A stretch of 64,000 nucleotides of DNA, from positions 8,578 through 72,577 of the forward strand of contig JAGLME010000004.1 of the NCBI GenBank assembly GCA_023140195.1. Direction: 5' to 3'. Positions 48,110-57,080 of the stretch are shown piece by piece (the first letter of the stretch is position 1; each line of letters starts with the position of its first letter). Made by a program: the position numbers and the translations under genes. The notes beneath the pieces are model-generated. The model was not told the origin of the DNA. It worked only from the letters and a program-made list of their open reading frames with translations, and did not search any database. This DNA comes from Thermoplasmata archaeon (GTDB lineage Archaea > Thermoplasmatota > Thermoplasmata > RBG-16-68-12 > SOIM01).

Positions 48110-50236
48110 CTATTCTTGCACCATATCCTCTGGCTCTTCTTCAGCGGGATCTTCATCTTCATCTTCATCTGAGGGTTCTTCCTCCGTAACAAGGGCCGCC
48201 TTCTTCCTCCTTGTCAGGATCAGAACAACTACAAGAACGACCACGATCACCACGATTGCGGCAATGATAAGAATGAGGTCAATGCCGGGTTCTGGGCGGT
48301 CTTCTGGATCTAGTAGATCTGTTCCGGCTCTGCATTCCTGCCCGTTGTCATATCCATCGTCGTCCCAATCATCGTCGGCATCTGTCGCGTTGACGGGGTC
48401 CATTCCGCAGTCGATCTCCTTCAGGTCGTCCACGCCGTCGCTGTCGCTGTCCGCAAAGTCGGGAAATGTCCCGTTGAGGTACTCTTCAAGATTGGTAAGA
48501 CCGTCCCCGTCGGGGTCAAGAGAGGAATCACCAGCGAACAAGGGGTCAAGTATCTGATAATCGAACTCATACCCATCTGGGATGCCGTCAGAGTCGGAAT
48601 CGGGATTTGTGGGGTCAGTACCTACGACGCCTTCAACAGTGTTGTCCAGACCGTCTCCGTCAATATCGCCATCACTGAAATCCGGCTCCCCGTCCCCATC
48701 GAGATCGTTCACGCTACCGTTGAATACCTCAGTGTGGCTCTTATCCATGAACACCGAACGGTTGTTCTGCTGGAAGGCCAGATCATACCACGACACATGG
48801 ATCCTTGTGATGTTGTTGATGAGAGTCGGTAGGTAGGTCATGTCAGTGACCACCATGAGCTGAGAGAACCCGCTGGCATCAGTGGTCACATTGTAGACCC
48901 GGTTGGACCCATCATAGACGTCCACACTTGCGTTTGCCAGATGTGTGCCGTTGTCATGAGAGATCACTTCGACCGTGAGGAAGTTCTGAATGTAAAGTAC
49001 TGAATCGTCGGCTGGGCTGATCGAAACGCCCGGATTCATCTGAAAGGTCGCGAAGGATGTGTTCACCAGGTGAACGGTACAGCCCCGAGAGAGCTCGAAC
49101 GTGAGGACCTCGACCTGGTCGACCGTTGAGTTCCAGAGCGTCGCCTTAGAATGGTCATATGCCAGAAATCCTTCCTTGAATCCAGTTACGGTCAGGTCCT
49201 CGAAGACAACATTGGCGTGGTCGTCCAGCTGGACACCTTTCCAATTGCCCAGAAGGGTGTCGCCTGTGGAGTTGACGATGGAGTTGACAATGTACATGCC
49301 GATAGTCTTGGAATCCATCACAAGGTTGCCCTTGGTGGTATCATTGGTGTTCAAAAGGTATATGCCCACGCTCATGAAGTGTATCTCGTTGCCTTCTATG
49401 GTCAAAGTGGATCCGACTGAGAGTATCCCATAGGGTGAAATTCCAGAAACATCCTTCTCGATGTAGTTGTCCCTGATGGTGCTGTTGGAGGAGATGGCAT
49501 GAATGGCCTTTTCCAGGTTGTTGACGAAATGGGAGTTGGTCACGTTGACCGAAGCGCCGTTCAGAACGAGTCCTTCCCTGGAGTAAGCGACGGTGATGTG
49601 GTCGAGAACTGACGTCTTATCGATGCTGCTGTACAATTTCAAAGAGGCCCAATCGCCAGAAGTTTTAGGGAGCAGGTTCGAAGTGAAGACGATGGGATTG
49701 GCTCCATCTCCTTGAGCGATTATCTTGCCTTCGACCGCCAAGCTCTTGTTCTGGTCGAAAGCGACAGTGGTCCCGGGTTCGATGGTGAGTGTTGCGTCAG
49801 TGGACACGAGTGTGGTTCTGCTGACAACGTGATTGCCCGGACCCCAGTGGTCAGGCACCGCGCTGAAGCTCTTGTTATTCACAATAGAGGCGTTCGCCGC
49901 ATAAGAAACGTTCACGAACCAGTCTCCCAGAGCCTCGACATGGTAGTAGCTCCAGGCGACCGCTTCAACATCTGGATCAATGATGTCAGTGAACGCCAGG
50001 CTGCCGTTGGGTGCATACCACTCGAATATGAGGTTGTCCACAGAGCCAGGATTGGGCTTGTTCTCCGAATCGAAATTGAGCCAGGAAAGGGCCTTGGCAG
50101 TTGAGTTGTTCAGGAAGTCGTTGACGATAAGATTGACGCCTGTCACCTCAACTGCCTGGACGGGCATAGGGACAGATACCAAAGAAAGGATGAGTAGAGA
50201 AGCCAGTATAACTCGCAGCCACTTCACACCATACAC
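48110..50236 (-). CDS. secreted right-handed beta-helix (pectin-lyase fold) protein with thrombospondin type-3-like Ca-binding repeats, C-terminal TM and acidic tail
   Basis: GTG start followed by a signal peptide. Beta-helix repeat segments, DLDGDGEPDFSDGDIDGDGLDN...DSDSDGIPDGYE repeats, TM LILIIAAIVVIVVVLVVVLIL and a Glu/Asp tail. Confidence 0.6.
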   Translation of the reverse strand: MYGVKWLRVILASLLILSLVSVPMPVQAVEVTGVNLIVNDFLNNSTAKALSWLNFDSENKPNPGSVDNLIFEWYAPNGSLAFTDIIDPDVEAVAWSYYHVEALGDWFVNVSYAANASIVNNKSFSAVPDHWGPGNHVVSRTTLVSTDATLTIEPGTTVAFDQNKSLAVEGKIIAQGDGANPIVFTSNLLPKTSGDWASLKLYSSIDKTSVLDHITVAYSREGLVLNGASVNVTNSHFVNNLEKAIHAISSNSTIRDNYIEKDVSGISPYGILSVGSTLTIEGNEIHFMSVGIYLLNTNDTTKGNLVMDSKTIGMYIVNSIVNSTGDTLLGNWKGVQLDDHANVVFEDLTVTGFKEGFLAYDHSKATLWNSTVDQVEVLTFELSRGCTVHLVNTSFATFQMNPGVSISPADDSVLYIQNFLTVEVISHDNGTHLANASVDVYDGSNRVYNVTTDASGFSQLMVVTDMTYLPTLINNITRIHVSWYDLAFQQNNRSVFMDKSHTEVFNGSVNDLDGDGEPDFSDGDIDGDGLDNTVEGVVGTDPTNPDSDSDGIPDGYEFDYQILDPLFAGDSSLDPDGDGLTNLEEYLNGTFPDFADSDSDGVDDLKEIDCGMDPVNATDADDDWDDDGYDNGQECRAGTDLLDPEDRPEPGIDLILIIAAIVVIVVVLVVVLILTRRKKAALVTEEEPSDEDEDEDPAEEEPEDMVQE

Positions 50237-50258
50237 CTCACTCTCAATTCAGGTATCT

Positions 50259-53200
50259 CTATTTAGCGTTTTCTGGGACAATATCGTCTCCCGTCCCTTC
50301 ATTCCCATTTCCGCCGTCATCGATCTGGACGGGTTTCCTGATGAGCAGAAGAAGCGGCACTGAAAGCCCCACAAAGAGAATCACTAAGTCCACCGCCAAT
50401 CCAGCTCCGGCCACAGGAGGAATGCTGAGCGCTCCAGTTGCCGCAGAAACACCTCCAGTCATGCCTTCGGCTATGGCGAAAGGCAGGAACCAGTACTTCT
50501 TCATCTTGTCATCCACGTCCAGCTTCAAGAGGACCAGTACACCCACTAACAGGAGGATGATGGTGAGAACGAGCGCAAGAACAGGCTTGTAATTCGCTTG
50601 CTCCGCTGGTGCGGGTTCCAACACTTCGAAAGACCCGTCATTGCTGGCCCAATTCCCTCCGTCGTCTCTAGCCCAGACTGCAATGTTATAGATCCCAAAT
50701 TGATCATAGTTGAGCTCAGCCACATATCCACCATGGGCCGCATCATAATCCACCGTAACATTGTCTACGATAACTCCGCCAGGACCGGTCACTTCAACGC
50801 GCACCTCTTCCACAGAGCCATCGTCACTGACGCCGATAATCACTGAAACCATCTCTCCTTCCTCAACTTCTGGTGGTTGAATGGCAACGATCTCAACGTT
50901 AGGTGGATTGTCGACCACAACGACTGGGACGACATACAGAATCGCGTACTCCGACGGAGTGATGTTGAGGTTGTTCCAGGCATCCCAACCGTAGACCCAG
51001 ATCTCATACGTTCCCTCGGGGAGGGTCGATGTGTCCATCGTGAATTCGAGAACCTCATTGGGAGTGTCCAGGGGCGGGATCGAAGGTGTCATCATGGTCG
51101 AGTTCTCCCAAGAAAGGGAAGGAGAGGTGAAGTTCGCTCCGCCGATGATCGAATCTCCTCTAAGTGAATCATCAACCCGCGCGGAAAGAGTCACGCTGGA
51201 AGTCCCCGCCAGTATCGTTTTTGCAGCCATACCGTCTATCATCACATCAGAGACCACAGGGGGCAGATCGTCCACGACATCCAGGGTAGCACACGCTCCG
51301 GTAGTGTTGTGATTACCTTCTTGGTCGGAACCGTACACGCAGTATGTGTAAGTTCCAGGCTGCGATGGAGTGCCAACCGTTGCTTCCACATCCTCTACGA
51401 CCTCGTCCCAAGATCCGTCGGCAGGACTCATCGGAATGCCTGGCCAGGAACCTGGACCCAAAGTACGGTTGGCGGCACCAATCAGAGACGCGCCAGTTGA
51501 GGAATCATCCAAGACTGCAGTGAGAACAAATGACGGTGGAAGTGAGGAAAGGAAGAGGGTCTGCGAAGATGATCCATCCAGAAGGACGCTGATTATCTCC
51601 GGTGGAAGAGTGTCAATGGCTCCTGGAGGATTCACGATCAAGGTCCCGCATGAACCGACAGTGTTGTTGTTGAAGGCTTCATCCCATCCGTACGCGCAGA
51701 GGTCGTAGCTCCCCACGCTCATTGATGACGTGTCAACGGTGGCGTGGAAGCCTTCCATTATCGAGTCAAGGAAATCGTCCGGTATCATGGGCGTGGAGTT
51801 GACCCAGTTCTGAGATGGAGAAGTATAGTTGGCGCCAGCAATAATCGACCCACCGGTCAAAGAGTCGTCAACGGTGGCGAACAGTGTGACGGTCGGAGAC
51901 CCCACTGCGATGTTCCTCACGGGAATGCCGTCGATGAGGACCCCGCTCACGTCGGGAGCTATGTCGTCGAATACTGTAAGAGTCGCACAAGATCCGGTTT
52001 CGTTCAGATTGGGTATGGCGTCCCAACCGTACACGCAGAACTGCCAGCTCCCTGGATTGATGGGTGGGGAAGGCGATGTATGGAATCCCTCGACTGGAGT
52101 ATCGAGTATGCCGTCGGGTGTCATGAGCGTCGATGTGGGCCAATTGGCTGGACCCGTGGTGTAGTTCGCACCTCCGATGATGGAGTTGCCAGTAGCAGAA
52201 TCGTCCATGGTAGCAGTCAGAATCAAGGCGGGTATTGAAGACACGCCGTACATTGCGGCGGTCATCCCATTGACGTAAACGTCCAGAATGGCCGGAGGAT
52301 CGGTTTCCAACGCCACGATGAGGGTCGCGCACGTGTCGGTCAGGTTGTTGTTTGGCACATCGTCCCAGCCATAGACACAGAATGTGTACGTCCCGGATAT
52401 CAGAGCACCGGTCGGAACGGTCGCAGCGAAGTCCTCAAGCGAGGAGTCTAGAGGAGGGTTCACTGGGTTCATTGCAGTTCCAGGGAAAGCAGCCGGACCA
52501 TTCGTGTAGTTCGCGCCTCCTATCAGAGAGTTCCCGGTCGAAGTATCGTCCACGGTAGCCGTCAGCTGGACACTGGGAATGCCTTCCAGGATCACTCGAA
52601 CAGTGAGACCGTCGATCAGGACATTGCGCACTTCGGGTGCCAGGTCATCAAGAACGGTTAGATCAGCACAAGCCCCCAGAGTGTTGTAGTTTGGGACCTC
52701 GTCCCAGCCATATGTGCACACCTGATGAACCCCAACCGAGAATAAAGGACCATCCAGCGCAGCGTTGAATCCTTCTACGGATGTATCAAGAACATTGTCA
52801 GGTGTCATAGGGGCCGAAGTAGGCCAGTTCTGTGGGCCGAGTGTACGATTCGCTCCGCCGATATTGGAACCACCAGTGGTCGAATCATCCACTGTCGCGG
52901 TAAGTGTGAGAGCAGGAATGGAAGATATTCCGAAAGAGTAGGACGGCTGACCGTTTATCAGGACATTGGTGACCAAGGGTGCCTGGGTGTCGACAGCGAC
53001 GTTCAGGGTCGCACAATCTCCATCTGTATTGTAGTTCGGGATAACATCCCAACCATACACGCAGATCTCGTAGGATCCGAATCCAAGTGTTGATGTGTCT
53101 ACGGTAGCGTGGAACCCTTCGATCGGGCTGTCCAGAAAGTCATCAGGTATCATCAGAGAGGAGTTGGTCCAGTCCTTTTGCGGTGAAGTGTAGTTCGCCC

Positions 53201-54857
53201 CGACTATGTTTGAGTCTCCGGTTGATGAGTCGTCAAGGGTCCCGGTGAGAAATACGCTCGGAGTGCCTGCAGGAATCGTTCTTATGGCAAATCCATCGAT
53301 GAGAACATTGACAACAGGAGGTAGATCGTCGATAATGGTAAGGGTTGCACAAGAGCCAATGGTGTTATCATTGGGGACGATGTCCCATCCGTAGACACAG
53401 TACTGCCAGGTGCCCATTGAGGTTGGAGGAACGACATCGAAATGGAAGCCTTCGGTGGGAGAGTCCAGGAAGTCGTCAGGTACCATCATAGTTGATGTCG
53501 GCCAGTTCTGCGGACCGATGGTGAAGTTCGCGCCTCCAATGACCGAATTGCCCCTGGCGGAGTCGTCCACCGTTGCAGTGAGAGATACGGTAGCCGGAAG
53601 AGATGACATTGGGTATGTCTGTGCAGGCATGCCATCCAGCAGAACGTTCAGCACATCTGGCGGTGTGTTGTCCACGGGCGGAGCTTCGAACCCTCTCCTA
53701 TAGAATATGTCCTGGTCCCCGTCCCCCTGGTCCTCCCAGACCACGTGAACGACCCCGTTATCTGACGCCACGTATGGGTTCCACTGGTTCTCGGATGCCA
53801 CATCACCGCTGATCTCTTGTATGGCCGTCCATGATGTGCCATCGAACTGACGGTAGACGATGTCCCAGTCGCCGTCCCCTCGATCGGCCCATACTGTGTG
53901 GACCTTTCCGAACTCGGCTGCCACCGAAGGCACGTCCTGGAACTCGGTCCCGCTGTCAATGCTTATTTCAGTTATGGAAGAGAAGGTCGATCCGTCCCAG
54001 CTCCTGTGAAAAATGTCCCTATCGGTCCCCTGGACTTCTTGCCAGACCACGTGAAGTTTGCCGGAATCGTATGATATGTCGAGTTCATCCTGGGCTTCGC
54101 TCGCGGAGTCCTGGCTTACCTCGGTGATTGCTCCCCATGAGACTCCATTGAACACCTTCATCATGATATCGGTGTCCCCACCGCCGGCGTCGACCCATGC
54201 CACGAACACCCTGCCACCGCCCGCTGCGATACACGGGGAGGTCTGGGCCTCTGTTCCGACGTCCGCGCTCAATTCCTGCACCGAACTCCAGGAGACACCG
54301 TTATGAAACCTGTAGTATACATCCCAATCGCCATCCCTACCATCCTGCCAGACGACATGTACATTCCCACCGGAAACTGCCACTCTTGGATATTGCTGGG
54401 TCTCGATCCCGACATCCACACTTACCTCCTGGATCGGACCCAGGACGCCTGCAGATCTGCTCCGGTACATGATATCCCAGTCGCCGCTGATAGGGTCCTG
54501 CCACACGGTGTGAACCGTGCTACCCTCGACCGCAACGTCAGGCAGCCACTGGTCCACGGACCGGTCGTCCGTGTTCAGCTCCTCTTCGAGCTGCCATGCC
54601 GCGCCGTCGTGCTCCCTGAGGAATATGTCGTAGTCCCTGTCCCCGTTGTCAGACCACACCGCATAGGCCTTGCCAGCGTCCGCAGCGATCGCGGGATATC
54701 TCTGGTATTCTATCCTTTTGTCCTCACTGACCTCCTCTATGGGGTCCCAGGTGATGGCCAATGCTCCAGGTACAAAGAACAGTGGTGCGAGAAAGGACAT
54801 GAGAACTAGAACTGAGACCAAGATGCCACTTTCTCTCCTACCTAGAAGACCGCTCAT
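50259..54857 (-). CDS. giant (about 1530 aa) cell-surface protein: signal peptide, about eight D-x-D-I-x-Y-R ...W repeats, nine ~95-aa repeats, Ig-like module, multi-TM C-terminus
   Basis: Start trimmed to the ATG at 54857 (signal MSGLLGRRESGILVSVLVLMSFLAPLFFVPGALA). Repeats carry TATVDDSxTGxSxIGGANYT. C-terminal hydrophobic segments. Confidence 0.6.
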   Translation of the reverse strand: MSGLLGRRESGILVSVLVLMSFLAPLFFVPGALAITWDPIEEVSEDKRIEYQRYPAIAADAGKAYAVWSDNGDRDYDIFLREHDGAAWQLEEELNTDDRSVDQWLPDVAVEGSTVHTVWQDPISGDWDIMYRSRSAGVLGPIQEVSVDVGIETQQYPRVAVSGGNVHVVWQDGRDGDWDVYYRFHNGVSWSSVQELSADVGTEAQTSPCIAAGGGRVFVAWVDAGGGDTDIMMKVFNGVSWGAITEVSQDSASEAQDELDISYDSGKLHVVWQEVQGTDRDIFHRSWDGSTFSSITEISIDSGTEFQDVPSVAAEFGKVHTVWADRGDGDWDIVYRQFDGTSWTAIQEISGDVASENQWNPYVASDNGVVHVVWEDQGDGDQDIFYRRGFEAPPVDNTPPDVLNVLLDGMPAQTYPMSSLPATVSLTATVDDSARGNSVIGGANFTIGPQNWPTSTMMVPDDFLDSPTEGFHFDVVPPTSMGTWQYCVYGWDIVPNDNTIGSCATLTIIDDLPPVVNVLIDGFAIRTIPAGTPSVFLTGTLDDSSTGDSNIVGANYTSPQKDWTNSSLMIPDDFLDSPIEGFHATVDTSTLGFGSYEICVYGWDVIPNYNTDGDCATLNVAVDTQAPLVTNVLINGQPSYSFGISSIPALTLTATVDDSTTGGSNIGGANRTLGPQNWPTSAPMTPDNVLDTSVEGFNAALDGPLFSVGVHQVCTYGWDEVPNYNTLGACADLTVLDDLAPEVRNVLIDGLTVRVILEGIPSVQLTATVDDTSTGNSLIGGANYTNGPAAFPGTAMNPVNPPLDSSLEDFAATVPTGALISGTYTFCVYGWDDVPNNNLTDTCATLIVALETDPPAILDVYVNGMTAAMYGVSSIPALILTATMDDSATGNSIIGGANYTTGPANWPTSTLMTPDGILDTPVEGFHTSPSPPINPGSWQFCVYGWDAIPNLNETGSCATLTVFDDIAPDVSGVLIDGIPVRNIAVGSPTVTLFATVDDSLTGGSIIAGANYTSPSQNWVNSTPMIPDDFLDSIMEGFHATVDTSSMSVGSYDLCAYGWDEAFNNNTVGSCGTLIVNPPGAIDTLPPEIISVLLDGSSSQTLFLSSLPPSFVLTAVLDDSSTGASLIGAANRTLGPGSWPGIPMSPADGSWDEVVEDVEATVGTPSQPGTYTYCVYGSDQEGNHNTTGACATLDVVDDLPPVVSDVMIDGMAAKTILAGTSSVTLSARVDDSLRGDSIIGGANFTSPSLSWENSTMMTPSIPPLDTPNEVLEFTMDTSTLPEGTYEIWVYGWDAWNNLNITPSEYAILYVVPVVVVDNPPNVEIVAIQPPEVEEGEMVSVIIGVSDDGSVEEVRVEVTGPGGVIVDNVTVDYDAAHGGYVAELNYDQFGIYNIAVWARDDGGNWASNDGSFEVLEPAPAEQANYKPVLALVLTIILLLVGVLVLLKLDVDDKMKKYWFLPFAIAEGMTGGVSAATGALSIPPVAGAGLAVDLVILFVGLSVPLLLLIRKPVQIDDGGNGNEGTGDDIVPENAK

Positions 54858-54991
54858 GCAAATCTCCTCGCAGATGGCTTCTGCCAACTGACGCACCAAC
54901 CCAAGAATCCTGAGTGCTTAAGTAATTTTCAGCCTGGATATCAGTCTCGTGCTCCCCAAATAAAAAGAAGAAAGGGAGAGTGGTTGCGGCT

Positions 54992-56761
54992 CTACTTGCA
55001 GATAAAGCCGTCGCCAACTTCCAGGTCGAAGCTGAATGTATCCGTCCCACCATCGTCATCCGTGACGGTCAGTGTGACGGTGTAGGTACCAGCAACTCCG
55101 TATGTGTGGTAGGTCGTGTCCGTGACGATTATGGGTGGCATCTGTCCGGTTATGTTCGTGTACCACGGGTCCCATGGAGCGCCAAGTGGTTCGTACGGGC
55201 TGCCAGGCGGGAATGCCGGGTCGGGCCCTCTCAATGGGTCGTACAGGTACAGGTTGGACGTCCAATTGGCGTCGCCCCAGTCCCAGTCGAACGTAAGATC
55301 GTCCGACCCTGGATCGGTCGCGGTCGCAACGAACTTTATTGGCACTCCGGCAGCTGCACCGACGTTCAGGTCAATGATCCACGGCTCGACGTGGTTCCAG
55401 TGATCGCTGTCCCTCTTGATCGACTGCTGGACGTTGAAGGTGTGGCCCTCCTTGCAGGTTGTTCCATCCGGGAAGGTGGCTGTCAACCAGATCGGGTTCG
55501 CACCCCACAGCTGTCCGTTTATGGGTTGGTCGCCCAAGATGGCGTCACCCTGGTCCTCGAACGGATCGTAGGTGATAATTGCCGTGTAGGTGTCCTGTCC
55601 ACTCACATCGATGGCTATTGGAATGGAAGCTCCAGTGCTCGGATTCTGGTCCGGGGGTCCGGGCCATCTCTCCACTTCCATTGCACCGATCTCTTCATCC
55701 CAGGTCTCATTAATCGGATCGTAGTTCTTGACCACTTTGAGCTCGACGTTGTGCCACTTCTCACCAGCTACCCTTATGCTCAGCTCGAACTCTATGAACG
55801 CACCCTCGAAGTCCAGTTCTGGGGCCACGTTCAAGACGGTCACATGCTGGTATGCAGAGGCGAAAAGGCCGTCATCATCCGTGACGGTTAGCTTGACATC
55901 GACCTCGTAGTCGTCCCACCAAGTGAAGGTCACGATCGGACCAACGGCGTCAACATCGTTTGAAGGGTCTCCATCGCCATCCGAATCGACATCGGCGTCG
56001 AAGTCCCACTCGTAGCTGACTATTTCTCCGTCAGGATCGTTTGAGCAGGTTCCGTCGAACACTACCTCATTCCCCTCGTTGACGGTTCTCTCTTCTCCGC
56101 CCACGATACAGGGAATCGGTGGTTCCTTGTCCTGCGGTAGCGTCTCGGAAGATACCATGGTGACATCATGACCGTTGGGCGTCTTTGCCAACGTAATGGT
56201 GTCAAAAGCATCGAAGTGTATCTCGAAGTCCGGGCTCGGATCGGGTCCGAACAAGACACTTACTGTTAGGTATACAGTGCTCTTTGCCGGCACGGTCCCA
56301 GGTGCATGATGATATACATCCCATATCGCGTCCGTTCCAACATACACGTGATGCCGTCCACCGTGGGACTCGTCAAAGGGATTGTATTCGGTTGAACCGA
56401 AATCTCCCAGATAATGTGTGGAACTCTCGATCGTTATGCTCACAAAGTCGTCCGCGGTCGTCTCTGGTGGTGGCAGATCTGGTCCATGTATGGCCATGGC
56501 GATCCTGAGGTCCACGAGCGGATCCTTGCCACGGTTCTCCACGATCAGGGTGAAGTTATACACACCATTAGGCGTGTATTCTGCTGGGCAAATGAATCCC
56601 CCAGCTTGCCATCCGCCGCCGTGAGCCCTTTGTCCGGGATCACAATCCAGCCATATGTGCGCCGCACTCCCCGCCGAAACAGAGAGTGGTAGATACGACA
56701 GCGACATCACTATTGCCAGAATCATAACTACGGCTTTGTTTCCGTTTCTTGTCTCTTGCAT
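54992..56761 (-). CDS. secreted PKD-domain protein
   Basis: Signal peptide. Two PKD-like modules (VTFTWWDDYEVDVKLTVTDDDG...; TYGVAGTYTVTLTVTDDDGGTD). Confidence 0.55.
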   Translation of the reverse strand: MQETRNGNKAVVMILAIVMSLSYLPLSVSAGSAAHIWLDCDPGQRAHGGGWQAGGFICPAEYTPNGVYNFTLIVENRGKDPLVDLRIAMAIHGPDLPPPETTADDFVSITIESSTHYLGDFGSTEYNPFDESHGGRHHVYVGTDAIWDVYHHAPGTVPAKSTVYLTVSVLFGPDPSPDFEIHFDAFDTITLAKTPNGHDVTMVSSETLPQDKEPPIPCIVGGEERTVNEGNEVVFDGTCSNDPDGEIVSYEWDFDADVDSDGDGDPSNDVDAVGPIVTFTWWDDYEVDVKLTVTDDDGLFASAYQHVTVLNVAPELDFEGAFIEFELSIRVAGEKWHNVELKVVKNYDPINETWDEEIGAMEVERWPGPPDQNPSTGASIPIAIDVSGQDTYTAIITYDPFEDQGDAILGDQPINGQLWGANPIWLTATFPDGTTCKEGHTFNVQQSIKRDSDHWNHVEPWIIDLNVGAAAGVPIKFVATATDPGSDDLTFDWDWGDANWTSNLYLYDPLRGPDPAFPPGSPYEPLGAPWDPWYTNITGQMPPIIVTDTTYHTYGVAGTYTVTLTVTDDDGGTDTFSFDLEVGDGFICK

Positions 56762-56795
56762 TTTTCTTCCTCCTTAGAGGTCAAAAGGTATTTGT

Positions 56796-56819
56796 GTCCC
56801 TTTCCCCATGGAAAGGGAC
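56796..56819. promoter_or_regulatory. perfect 10-bp inverted repeat gtccctttcc-ccat-ggaaagggac in a divergent intergenic region
   Basis: Perfect 10-bp inverted repeat around a 4-nt loop, 35 nt upstream of the 54992-56761 start codon and 260 nt upstream of 57081. Confidence 0.4.
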
Positions 56820-57080
56820 CACCGTAAACGGCTATGCGCCCCTCCCCGGCGCCCACAGGCAGTCTCCCCCTCTCCTATTAGGTTTGAGATCCTTACCGCG
56901 TTGCTTTGCTTATTGGTCTGTAGATATATAAGAGAAATCTGGTCTTCACCAAGTTAGTTACCAATTACCAACCATGAAAACTAGATTGAAAACCTTTAAA
57001 AAGAGCCAGATTCTGTCATCACTCCCAGGTTAGCCACGAAAGTAATAAATCTACTACATCTGATATGAAGGCTGGGAACC

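Noticed and set aside
50259-54899. ORF-track TTG start at 54899 for the giant protein
   Set aside because: An in-frame ATG at 54857 starts a canonical signal peptide. The upstream 14 codons look non-coding.
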